Below the pieces are notes generated by a model. The model saw only the letters and a program-made list of their open reading frames with translations. It was not told the origin of the DNA and did no database searches. Made by a program: the position numbers and the translations under genes. From positions 8,474 through 72,473 of the forward strand of contig JAQTNW010000009.1 in the NCBI GenBank assembly GCA_028713655.1: a stretch of 64,000 nt of DNA, read 5' to 3'. Each line of letters begins with the position of its first letter. The first letter of the stretch is position 1. Positions 26,294 through 33,999 of this stretch are shown piece by piece. Source of the stretch: Candidatus Methylacidiphilales bacterium. GTDB taxonomy: Bacteria > Verrucomicrobiota > Verrucomicrobiia > Methylacidiphilales > JAAUTS01.

Positions 26294-27442
26294 ATGAAGA
26301 TTATCGACCGTTATTTGGTTGTGACGCTGGTGCTGCCTTTTCTCTTTTGCTGCGCCAGCCTGTATTTCGTTTTTGTCGTTATCGACCTGTTCGACAACGT
26401 CAGCGATCTGGTCCATGCCCACAGCAGCCTGTGGAACCTGGTTCTGATCTACCTGGTGCTGATCCCGCAGGTGGCGCCGGTCATTCTGCCGTTTGCCTTT
26501 TTTCTTTCCTGCGTCTATGTCCTGAGCAACCTTTCCGCGCACAAGGAACTGGTGGCCATGATGAGTGCCGGACTCAGCCTCGCCCGCCTTTCCATCCCCT
26601 TTTTCCTCCTGGCCCTGGTGGTCAGCTTTATCCAATACCTGTTGTTGCTGGACCTTTCACCCACAGCCGAAAGTCGTCGGGAGGTGCTGATCGCGAACCT
26701 CCAGCAACAAGGGAAATCGCCCAATGTTTTCAAATCCATCATTTATAAAAATCCGCAGACCGGGACGATGTGGTACATCCACGAAATTGATATCGCAAAC
26801 GGAACCCTGAAGCAGGCGGAGATTGTACTTCCGGATGAATTGGGCCGCGACAAGGTAAAGTATTTCGTGGCCCAGGGCCAATACCGCGGGCATTACTGGG
26901 ATTTCGTCGGCATCCGCAAGGTTGAATTCAAAATCGACGGCAACAGCCTCCCACCGGTCGATCTCAGCCGACTGGACGCCTACGACCTGACGGAACCTCC
27001 TGAACAAATGGTGGCCGATTTAAAACCGCCGGAGGAATCCACCTGGCCCGATCTGTATCGATTCATCAATGCGCGCTACCAACCCCCCGCCAACCGCATG
27101 GCGCCTTACAAAACGGAACACTACAATCGCACGGCCTATCCGCTTCTGGCCCCGGTGCTCTGCCTCTTCGCGTTTGCCCTCAGCATTGTCCACGACCGCA
27201 AAAGCCGCACGGGCGCGGTGTTTAACTGCATTGTGGTTCTGATTGTGGTTTTCATCTTTCAAAAAGTTTCAATCGGCCTCGGCAACGGCACCCGGCTTTC
27301 GCCGTTCATGGCCGGGTGGAGCCCGATTCTGGTTTTTGGGGCCGCAGGTCTGGCAATGTTCGCGGCCAAAGTCGGCTGGACCTGGGAAGCTGTTTCGTTT
27401 TTAAGAACGTCCGGTTACTGGCCGGATAGAAATCAAAATTAA
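26294..27442 (+). CDS. LptF/LptG-family (YjgP/YjgQ) LPS export permease
   Basis: MKIIDRYLVVTLVLPFLFC start, three N-terminal TMs, a periplasmic beta-jellyroll-sized insert and three C-terminal TMs. Confidence 0.8.
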   Translation: MKIIDRYLVVTLVLPFLFCCASLYFVFVVIDLFDNVSDLVHAHSSLWNLVLIYLVLIPQVAPVILPFAFFLSCVYVLSNLSAHKELVAMMSAGLSLARLSIPFFLLALVVSFIQYLLLLDLSPTAESRREVLIANLQQQGKSPNVFKSIIYKNPQTGTMWYIHEIDIANGTLKQAEIVLPDELGRDKVKYFVAQGQYRGHYWDFVGIRKVEFKIDGNSLPPVDLSRLDAYDLTEPPEQMVADLKPPEESTWPDLYRFINARYQPPANRMAPYKTEHYNRTAYPLLAPVLCLFAFALSIVHDRKSRTGAVFNCIVVLIVVFIFQKVSIGLGNGTRLSPFMAGWSPILVFGAAGLAMFAAKVGWTWEAVSFLRTSGYWPDRNQN

Positions 27443-27488
27443 GAATGAGGAATGTGGAATTCAGAACTAAAATCAAAAAAGATTTGCC

Positions 27489-27974
27489 ATGAACATTCCA
27501 AAACTCTGCATTTCATCTGTGGAAAGTGCGTCCAACAAAACCCCCTTTTCTTCCCCCTTGTCAGGGGGATGTCTGCTGCTTTCCTTATTTGCGTTCATCC
27601 GCGTTCATCCGCGGTTAAAATGCTTCTTTTCGTGCCTTGGCGTCTTCGTGGTTGTTTTCGCCTTCACATTTTCAACACCCGCCCCGGTCCACGCCCAAAG
27701 CCAGCCTGAAATGAACGCCGAAGCCGCTGCGCGGTTCGAAAAATACGACAAGGAACTGAACCGCGTTTATCAGGGCATCCTCAAAGGCCTCGACGCCGAG
27801 GGGCAAAAGAAATTGAAAGCAGCCGAGGAAGCCTGGATCAAATACCGCGACGCCGAGGCGGCCTTCCAGGCCGACAGCGAACGCGGAGGCTCGCTGTCGA
27901 ACTACATCTATCTCGACACCCAAGCCACCCTGACCAAGGCGCGAATTGACGCTTTGAAAAAAGGCGGCGGATAG
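27489..27974 (+). CDS. DUF1311/LprI-family lysozyme-inhibitor-like protein
   Basis: YDKELNRVYQGILKGLDAEGQKKLKAAEEAWIKYRDAEAAFQAD...YLDTQATLTKARIDALK. The N-terminal ~45 codons are R7/R5 repeat sequence, so the true start is probably later, before the signal-like FSCLGVFVVVFAFTFSTPAPVHA. Confidence 0.65.
   Translation: MNIPKLCISSVESASNKTPFSSPLSGGCLLLSLFAFIRVHPRLKCFFSCLGVFVVVFAFTFSTPAPVHAQSQPEMNAEAAARFEKYDKELNRVYQGILKGLDAEGQKKLKAAEEAWIKYRDAEAAFQADSERGGSLSNYIYLDTQATLTKARIDALKKGGG
27551..27571. repeat. R7 hairpin (CCCCCT-N4-AGGGGG)
   Basis: TTCCCCCTTGTCAGGGGGATG. Confidence 0.7.
27586..27620 (+). repeat. R5 10-bp-phased triple repeat
   Basis: TTATTTGCG TTCATCCGCG TTCATCCGCG GTTAAAA. Confidence 0.75.
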
Positions 27975-28138
27975 AAATCATTCACCGCAGTTGCGGAGAA
28001 CTCTGAGGCAAGATAGTTCTTCGTTCGTAGTTCTTTGTGATTTGCTGTCTTGGCAGTTCAACTCTTTTACTCCGTGACTCGGTGGCTCCGTGAGAGAAAT
28101 AGGCTCTACTTGGCGGTCTTTGCGCGAAATATGATTTA

Positions 28139-28222
28139 TGTGGGCGCGACAGGAATCGAACCTGCATGGATTGCTCCAAAGGAACCTAAATCCTTCGCGT
28201 CTGCCAATTTCGCCACGCGCCC
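28139..28222 (-). tRNA. tRNA-Leu (anticodon TAG)
   Basis: Hand-folded minus-strand sequence: GGGCGCG TG GCGA AATTGGCAGA CGCG AAGGA TTTAGGT TCCTT, a long variable arm (TGGAGCAATCCAT), GCAGG TTCGATT CCTGT, CGCGCCC A CCA. Collinear with E. coli tRNA-Leu. CCA is encoded. Confidence 0.85.
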
Positions 28223-28234
28223 CGCTAATTCCCG

Positions 28235-28263
28235 AATTTCCCGCCTTTTGACCCCCAAGTCAA
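28235..28263 (-). promoter_or_regulatory. Candidate sigma70-type promoter for tRNA-Leu
   Basis: Minus strand TTGACT (28263-28258), 17 nt, GAAATT (28240-28235). The tRNA 5' end is 12 nt downstream. The -10 is weak. Confidence 0.3.
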
Positions 28264-28321
28264 GGCAGCCCTGTTCATGGGCAGTCAGTTCACCGCAGGC
28301 GCAGGACGCGGAGAAGCAGTT

Positions 28322-28356
28322 TTATCCGCAGATGAACGCAGATGGGTACAGATTTT
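28322..28356 (-). repeat. R5 10-bp-phased triple repeat
   Basis: TTATCCGCAG ATGAACGCAG ATGGGTACAG ATTTT. Confidence 0.75.
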
Positions 28357-28503
28357 GAAAATCAAAACAAGGAGTTGGCCACAAAAAACACAAAAATGAG
28401 TGGGGAGTTTTTACAAAAAGATCGCAGAGTTTTTGGAGTTTTTTGGATCTCTCCTAAAACTCCAGGTTCACTGTGCTCTCTTTGTAAAAAATGCTTTGCC
28501 TCT

Positions 28504-28540
28504 GATAATCTGTGTAAATCTTCTTAATCTGCGGATAAAA
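28504..28540 (+). repeat. R5 10-bp-phased repeat, variant
   Basis: GATAATCTGTG TAAATCTTCT TAATCTGCGG ATAAAA. Inverted relative to 28322-28356. Confidence 0.6.
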
Positions 28541-28586
28541 TGCTTTCCTTTGCGGCTTGGCGTCTTTGCGCGAGGACCTGTGCTGG

Positions 28587-29480
28587 TTATCCGGATTTGA
28601 AAATCTTCCCCAGGATACGCTTCAATTCCTTCAACACCGGTGAAGCCCCCTGCGCCGGTTCAACCAGATAAAAATGAATGTACGGTCTCGGCTTCTTGAG
28701 CGGGCGAAACACCGTCCCCACACCGCAGTAGCGCGACAGCCGCCGGCTCAGAAACGAAATCCCCACGCCCGCCGCCACCATGTTGACCGCCAGAATCCAC
28801 GACGACGCTTCTTCGACCACACCCGGCTCAAATCCCGCCCGCGCGCAGGAGGATAAAATCTCGGAGTACAACTTCGGATTCGCCGCGTAGGGAAACAGGA
28901 TGAATTTTTCCCGTGCAAGCCGCGCGAGCGCAATCTCCTTATTTCCCGCCAGCGGATGGTTGTCGGGCAAGGCAATCCCCATCTCTTCCCGCGTGACCAA
29001 CACGCATTTCAACGCCTCATCCTGTGATGGAAGCGAAATAAAAGCGCCGTCCAGCCGGCCGCGGGCCACTTCGCGGGCCAGTTGTTCGGAATGCTCCTGC
29101 CTCAAATGCAAGCTCACCTGCGGAAGCTGGTCCCGCAGATCGCGGAGCATCGACGGCAAAAAACTGGCCATCGCGGCTTCGGTGTAACCCAGCGCAAGCG
29201 ATCCCCGCTTTCCGTCGGCGGCATCGCGAGTCTCCAGCAGTACAGATTCCACGCCGTCGATTGCGGGCGAAACATGCCGGTAAAGATATGTTCCGGCCTG
29301 GGTCAGTTGCACACGCCGCTTGGTGCGCGTGAACAGCGGACAACCCAGTTCCGCCTCCATCCCGGCGATCTGCCGGGAAAGCGCAGGCTGGGTCAGATGC
29401 AACTCAGCAGCGGCCCGGTGGAAGTTGAGATGGTCGGCCAGCGCAAGGAAAGAACGCAGGTGTCGAAGTTCGATATTCAT
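28587..29480 (-). CDS. LysR-family transcriptional regulator
   Basis: MNIELRHLRSFLALADHLNFHRAAAELHLTQPALSRQIAGMEAELG (wHTH) plus a LysR substrate-binding domain. Divergent from leuC. Confidence 0.9.
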   Translation of the reverse strand: MNIELRHLRSFLALADHLNFHRAAAELHLTQPALSRQIAGMEAELGCPLFTRTKRRVQLTQAGTYLYRHVSPAIDGVESVLLETRDAADGKRGSLALGYTEAAMASFLPSMLRDLRDQLPQVSLHLRQEHSEQLAREVARGRLDGAFISLPSQDEALKCVLVTREEMGIALPDNHPLAGNKEIALARLAREKFILFPYAANPKLYSEILSSCARAGFEPGVVEEASSWILAVNMVAAGVGISFLSRRLSRYCGVGTVFRPLKKPRPYIHFYLVEPAQGASPVLKELKRILGKIFKSG

Positions 29481-29708
29481 GATGTTTTAAAGTTATCAAG
29501 TAATGCCAATTTAATATTTCACATTTATCATAAAAATCGAGTAGATTTCCTGTGGCTTGAGACGGGATTACATGCCAGGAATGGATCGCCACGTCCGGCG
29601 GTTGCCGGACTCGCGATGACGAACCACGCGGGAGCGTCATTGCGACGAGAACGGCGAAGCCGGACGACGCGGCAATCCACGTATGAACGTATAATTTGAG
29701 ACTGACTT

Positions 29709-31115
29709 ATGGGTAAAACTTTATTTGAAAAAGTCTGGGATGCGCACGCCGTCCGGCAACTCGCCAACGGCCAGACCCAGCTCCTCATCGGCACCCACCT
29801 GATCCACGAGGTCACCAGCCCGCAGGCTTTTGCCATGCTGCGCGACCTCGGCCTCAAGGTGAAGTTCCCCCGCCGCACCTTCGCCACCGTGGACCACATC
29901 GTGCCCACCGACAAGTTCGAGGAGCCCTATGCCGACCCGCTGGCCGACGCCATGATCAAGGAACTGCGCAAAAATTGCGCCCAGTTCGGCGTGACCTTTT
30001 TCGACCGCAGCACCGGACGACAGGGCATCGTCCACATCATCGGGCCTGAACTGGGCATCACACAACCCGGCACCACCATCGCCTGCGGCGACTCGCATAC
30101 ATCCACCCACGGGGCCTTCGGCGCCATCGCCTTCGGCATCGGCACCACCCAGGTGCGCGACGTGCTGGCAACGCAAACCATGGCCATCGGCAAATTGAAG
30201 GTGCGCCGCATCAATGTGGACGGACACTTGCGCCCCGGCGTCTATGCCAAGGACGTGATCCTGCACATCATCCGCAAACTGGGAGTCAACGGCGGCACCG
30301 GCTTCGCCTACGAATACGGCGGCGAGGTCTTCGACCGCTTTTCCATGGAAGAGCGCATGACCGTCTGCAACATGTCCATCGAGGGCGGCGCGCGTGTGGG
30401 CTACGTCAACCCGGATCAAAAGACTTTCGACTTCCTCAACGGTCGCCCTTATTCCCCAAAGGGCGCCGACTGGAACAAGGCCGTCGAACGCTGGAAATCT
30501 TTCGCATCCGACCGCGACGCCACCTACGACGATGTCGTCCGCTTCAAGGCCGAAGACATCGAGCCCACGGTCACCTGGGGCATCAACCCCGGACAGGCCG
30601 TCTTTGTCAGTGAAAACATCCCCACGCTGGCGGAAGTGCCGGAGAGCGACAAAGCCATCACCCAGGAAGCGCTGGAGCACATGAAGTTCGAGCCCGGCTC
30701 CCCCATCAAGGGCAAAAAAATCGACGTTGCCTTTCTCGGCAGTTGCACCAACGGACGGCTGAGCGATTTCCAGGAAGCCGCAAAGTTTCTGCAAGGCCAT
30801 AAAGTCGCCCCCGGCGTCAAAGCCATCGCAGTCCCCGGTTCGCAGGTGGTCGCGATCCTGTGCCACGACCTGGGCATCGACAAAATTTTTCAGGAAGCCG
30901 GGTTCGAATGGCGCGACGCGGGTTGTTCCATGTGCCTGGCCATGAATCCTGACAAATTGGTCGGCGACCAGCTCTGCGCCAGCTCCAGCAACCGCAACTT
31001 CAAGGGCCGGCAAGGCAGCGTCACCGGACGCACCCTGCTGATGAGCCCCGTCATGGTCGTGGCCGCCGCCGTCACCGGAAAGGTCGCCGACCCGCGCGAG
31101 GTCTTCCATTCCTAA
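29709..31115 (+). CDS. leuC: 3-isopropylmalate dehydratase large subunit
   Basis: [13 protein letters not shown]...[12 protein letters not shown]...[13 protein letters not shown]...GSCTNGR...CSMCLAMN. Confidence 0.95.
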   Translation: MGKTLFEKVWDAHAVRQLANGQTQLLIGTHLIHEVTSPQAFAMLRDLGLKVKFPRRTFATVDHIVPTDKFEEPYADPLADAMIKELRKNCAQFGVTFFDRSTGRQGIVHIIGPELGITQPGTTIACGDSHTSTHGAFGAIAFGIGTTQVRDVLATQTMAIGKLKVRRINVDGHLRPGVYAKDVILHIIRKLGVNGGTGFAYEYGGEVFDRFSMEERMTVCNMSIEGGARVGYVNPDQKTFDFLNGRPYSPKGADWNKAVERWKSFASDRDATYDDVVRFKAEDIEPTVTWGINPGQAVFVSENIPTLAEVPESDKAITQEALEHMKFEPGSPIKGKKIDVAFLGSCTNGRLSDFQEAAKFLQGHKVAPGVKAIAVPGSQVVAILCHDLGIDKIFQEAGFEWRDAGCSMCLAMNPDKLVGDQLCASSSNRNFKGRQGSVTGRTLLMSPVMVVAAAVTGKVADPREVFHS

Positions 31116-31162
31116 TTCCTAATTCCTAATTCATACTTCTTACCTTCTACCTCTTACTTACT
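31107..31162 (+). repeat. R8 heptamer tandem array filling the leuC-leuD spacer
   Basis: CATTCC TAATTCC TAATTCC TAATTCA TACTTCT TACCTTC TACCTCT TACTTAC. 7-bp period from the leuC stop to the leuD ATG. Confidence 0.7.
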
Positions 31163-31765
31163 ATGTCCCTATCAAAAATCACCCAAATCACCGGCCGGGC
31201 CGTGGCTGTGCCCGGCGACGACATCGACACCGACCGCATCATCCCGGCGCGCTACATGAAATGCGTCACCTTCGACGGCCTGGGCGAGTTCATGTTTTAC
31301 GACGTGCGCTTTGAGGAAAACGGCAAGCCGCGCGCGCATCCGTTGAACGACGAAAAATACAAGGGCGCCACGATCCTGATCAGCGGCAATAATTTCGGCT
31401 GCGGCAGTTCGCGCGAGCACGCGCCGCAGGCGATTTATCGCTACGGCTTCCGGGCCGTGATTGCCGAAGGCTTTGCCGAAATCTTTTTCGGCAACTCCAC
31501 CACGCTGGGCATGCCCTGCGTGACCGTGAGCAAGGCGGACCGCCAGGCGCTGCAGGCCCTGGTTGAAAAAGATCCGAAAACCGAACTGGGCATCGACCTC
31601 GAGAAAAAAAGCATCCGCGCGGGCGGGAAAACTTTTCCCTGCGAGATCCGCGAAAGCGCGCTCCACGGCCTGACAACCGGGCATTGGGACCCCATCGCCG
31701 AACTGCTGGAAAGCGGCAAGGAAGTGGATGCCGTCGCCGCCCGACTGCCCTACATGGCGGGGTAA
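31163..31765 (+). CDS. leuD: 3-isopropylmalate dehydratase small subunit
   Basis: DIDTDRIIPARYMK...ILISGNNFGCGSSREHAPQAI...GFRAVIAEGFAEIF. Confidence 0.95.
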   Translation: MSLSKITQITGRAVAVPGDDIDTDRIIPARYMKCVTFDGLGEFMFYDVRFEENGKPRAHPLNDEKYKGATILISGNNFGCGSSREHAPQAIYRYGFRAVIAEGFAEIFFGNSTTLGMPCVTVSKADRQALQALVEKDPKTELGIDLEKKSIRAGGKTFPCEIRESALHGLTTGHWDPIAELLESGKEVDAVAARLPYMAG

Positions 31766-31810
31766 GGAAATGATGAAGTAAGAATTCAGAATGCAGAAAA
31801 ACTTTCAAGA

Positions 31811-31845
31811 GAACCACAGACGGACGCGGATCAACACGGATAAAA
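31811..31845 (-). repeat. R5 10-bp-phased triple repeat
   Basis: GAACCACAGA CGGACGCGGA TCAACACGGA TAAAA. Confidence 0.7.
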
Positions 31846-31924
31846 GCGCCAACTCTCACTCCATCTCTTAATCTTACTCCTAATCTTAATCTTTTCCGCC
31901 TTCGCCAAAGCTCTCAATAAAAGA

Positions 31925-32332
31925 ATGTTCTCCGTTTTCATGCAGGATCTCTCCGTCCGGCGCAGTGCCATTAACGGGCGCGGCGTGTTTGCTTTAAAAA
32001 AAATTCCCGCGCGATGCAAACTGGGTGAAATCTCCGGCGCCCTGGTCCGACTGCCGGAAGCGCGCCGGGCCATCGAGACCGCGCCCCGGATTTATCTCAT
32101 CGAACTCAGCCGACGCCTGGCCCTCGACTGTTCCCGAGGCAATGTCTTCCGCCATCTCAACCACAGTTGCCGACCCAATTGTTATCTGCGCGTCTTCCGC
32201 AGGAGGGTCGAGGTTTATACACTCAAGACGATTCCGCCTGGGAAAGAACTGACGCTCGACTACGGTCAGACACCACATCGCAATGGGATGTCCTGCAGTT
32301 GCGGCAGCGCCGCTTGCCGGAAAAAGCTTTAA
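31925..32332 (+). CDS. SET-domain protein (putative lysine methyltransferase)
   Basis: SAINGRGVFALKKIP...FRHLNHSCRPNCYL...ELTLDYG...CSCGSAACR. NHSCxPN and ELxxDY SET motifs plus a Cys-rich post-SET. Confidence 0.8.
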   Translation: MFSVFMQDLSVRRSAINGRGVFALKKIPARCKLGEISGALVRLPEARRAIETAPRIYLIELSRRLALDCSRGNVFRHLNHSCRPNCYLRVFRRRVEVYTLKTIPPGKELTLDYGQTPHRNGMSCSCGSAACRKKL

Positions 32333-32344
32333 GGACCAGCGGCA

Positions 32345-32378
32345 ATTAACGCAAAGGGCATAAGGCGCAAAGCCGCAA
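32345..32378 (+). repeat. R6 element
   Basis: ATTAACGCAAAGGGCATAAGGCGCAAAGCCGCAAG. Confidence 0.75.
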
Positions 32379-32429
32379 GAAAACAAACACTTTTTACAGG
32401 GAGAACACAACTAACAAAACTCCCTTGTC

Positions 32430-32456
32430 TTCCCCCTTATCAGGGGGATAAATGCC
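32430..32456. repeat. R7 hairpin
   Basis: TTCCCCCTTATCAGGGGGATAAATGCC. Confidence 0.75.
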
Positions 32457-32498
32457 TCTTGTGCCTACGCCTGGGAATGGTTTTACATTGGAACCGCT

Positions 32499-32535
32499 TT
32501 CCCATCTGTATATATCCGTACTATCCGTGGTTGAA
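32499..32535 (+). repeat. R5 10-bp-phased triple repeat
   Basis: TTCCCATCTGTA TATATCCGTA CTATCCGTGG TTGAA. Confidence 0.7.
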
Positions 32536-32762
32536 TTTCTGTCTCCTGTTCAATTTTCGCGTCTCTTGCGTTTTTTTACGGCCAATCCTCTGTTCGTGAT
32601 TTTCGTGTATTCTTGACCGCCATAGCTTTATGCGGCTGCGGTTCGTGGTAAAAATCTGCCATTTCCCGATTCGACATTTCTCCAGCGTTTTGATTGGAGA
32701 TTGCTGAAAAGCCAAAATAAAACCAGACTTGCCCCCGCGTATATAGCGTTTATCATGTTTTT

Positions 32763-32978
32763 ATGTTGGATTGGACCCAATGCGATGCCGTGGAACGCCA
32801 CCCGGACCGGGTGAGCGGCGCATGGGTCTTTCGTGGCACCCGTGTTCCCGTGCGGGCTTTATTTGAAAATATCGAAGACGGGGCTCGTGTGAATGATTTT
32901 TTGGAATGGTTTCCCGGCGTTACACGGCAACAGGTCGAGGCCGTGCTTGAGCATGCCGGGCACAGCCTTGTTGCATGA
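32763..32978 (+). CDS. DUF433-domain protein (antitoxin-like)
   Basis: 71 aa. RVSGAWVFRGTRVPVRALFENIEDGARVNDFLEWFPGVTRQQVEAVLE matches the DUF433 pattern. 4-nt overlap with the downstream gene. Confidence 0.75.
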   Translation: MLDWTQCDAVERHPDRVSGAWVFRGTRVPVRALFENIEDGARVNDFLEWFPGVTRQQVEAVLEHAGHSLVA

Positions 32979-33295
32979 AGATTTTGCTCGATCAAGGCAC
33001 CCCAACACCGTTACGCCATCATCTGACTTCGCACGAAGTGGCCACAGCCTACGAAATGAGCTGGGACAAATTATCCAATGGGGATTTAATCTCCGAAGCT
33101 GAACGTAATGGATTTGGGCTGCTTATTACCACAGACCAAAATCTGCGATATCAACAAAACCTGGTTTCCAGAAAAATATCCATCTTGGTTTTATTGACAA
33201 CAAGTTGGCCCAGAATTCAAGGCGAGATTGATTTAATAATTTTGGAAGTGAACAATATTACATCTGGCTCATACAAAGAGTTGAAAATTTCCTGA
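32975..33295 (+). CDS. DUF5615-family PIN-like (Mut7-C-like) putative toxin
   Basis: MKILLDQGTPTPLRHHL...NGFGLLITTDQNLRYQQNL. Typical partner of DUF433. Confidence 0.7.
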   Translation: MKILLDQGTPTPLRHHLTSHEVATAYEMSWDKLSNGDLISEAERNGFGLLITTDQNLRYQQNLVSRKISILVLLTTSWPRIQGEIDLIILEVNNITSGSYKELKIS

Positions 33296-33328
33296 AAGCG
33301 CTACAACGAAACAAAAAGAACCTCCCAC

Positions 33329-33823
33329 ATGAAAAACCTTTTGATCCTCAGCGCCTGCATCCTTCTCGCCGGCTGCGATTACACCGCGCCCCTCGTAAAA
33401 ACACCCAGTGAAGACATCGACAAGACCGTCGTCGGCCAGTGGCAACGGGAGCTCAAGGAAAGCAATAAATCCGAAAAACTTCTCGTGCTGGCGCTCGACA
33501 GCAAGGAATACCTGGTCGTGTATTCGACGGAGCACGGCAACACCATCTATGCCCGCGGCTGCCTCTGCCACGCGGCGGGCCTGACATTCGTGCAATTGAA
33601 ATGGTTTGGGAACGGACAGGCTGAAGCACCCGACGACAACCGGGTGTACCAATTCGTCGGCTATTCGGTGGCCGGAAACAAACTGACTGTCCGCATGCTG
33701 AACCCTGACGTCGTGAAACGCGACGCCGCAACATCCGAGGAACTGGCCAGGGAAATCCTCGCAGCCAAGGACAATCCGCACCGGTTCAAGGAAGAAATGG
33801 TTTTTACAAAGGCCAACAAGTAA
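33329..33823 (+). CDS. Hypothetical lipoprotein
   Basis: MKNLLILSACILLAGC lipobox. No recognisable domain. Confidence 0.6.
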   Translation: MKNLLILSACILLAGCDYTAPLVKTPSEDIDKTVVGQWQRELKESNKSEKLLVLALDSKEYLVVYSTEHGNTIYARGCLCHAAGLTFVQLKWFGNGQAEAPDDNRVYQFVGYSVAGNKLTVRMLNPDVVKRDAATSEELAREILAAKDNPHRFKEEMVFTKANK

Positions 33824-33829
33824 TCCAAA

Positions 33830-33962
33830 GGGAGCGCAGGCGTCCCGCCTGCTCTGCCGGGCATCCTGCCCGGCAGTCCTCGCATCTACAGGATTTTTAA
33901 TGAATACAAAAGCAACCGAGAGGCAGGATGCCTCTCGGAGCAGGCGGGACGCCCGCGCTCCC
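33830..33962 (+). repeat. R4 GC-rich triloop-hairpin palindromic element
   Basis: GGGAGCGCAGGCGTCCCGCCTGCTC TGCCGGGCATCCTGCCCGGCA ... CGAGAGGCAGGATGCCTCTCG GAGCAGGCGGGACGCCCGCGCTCCC. Confidence 0.8.
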
Positions 33963-33999
33963 GGAGAATCCAACGCCTCGATTTAAATCGAGAAGCCTT

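Noticed and set aside
27489-28586. Region around tRNA-Leu, considered as a genomic-island integration site
   Set aside because: There is no integrase, no direct repeat of the tRNA 3' end and no phage or plasmid genes. The flanks are ordinary R5/R7 repeat mosaic.
29721-31109. 462-aa ORF antisense to leuC
   Set aside because: It is a shadow ORF. leuC on the plus strand has unambiguous aconitase-family motifs, and the antisense product is low-complexity (G/A/D/V-rich).
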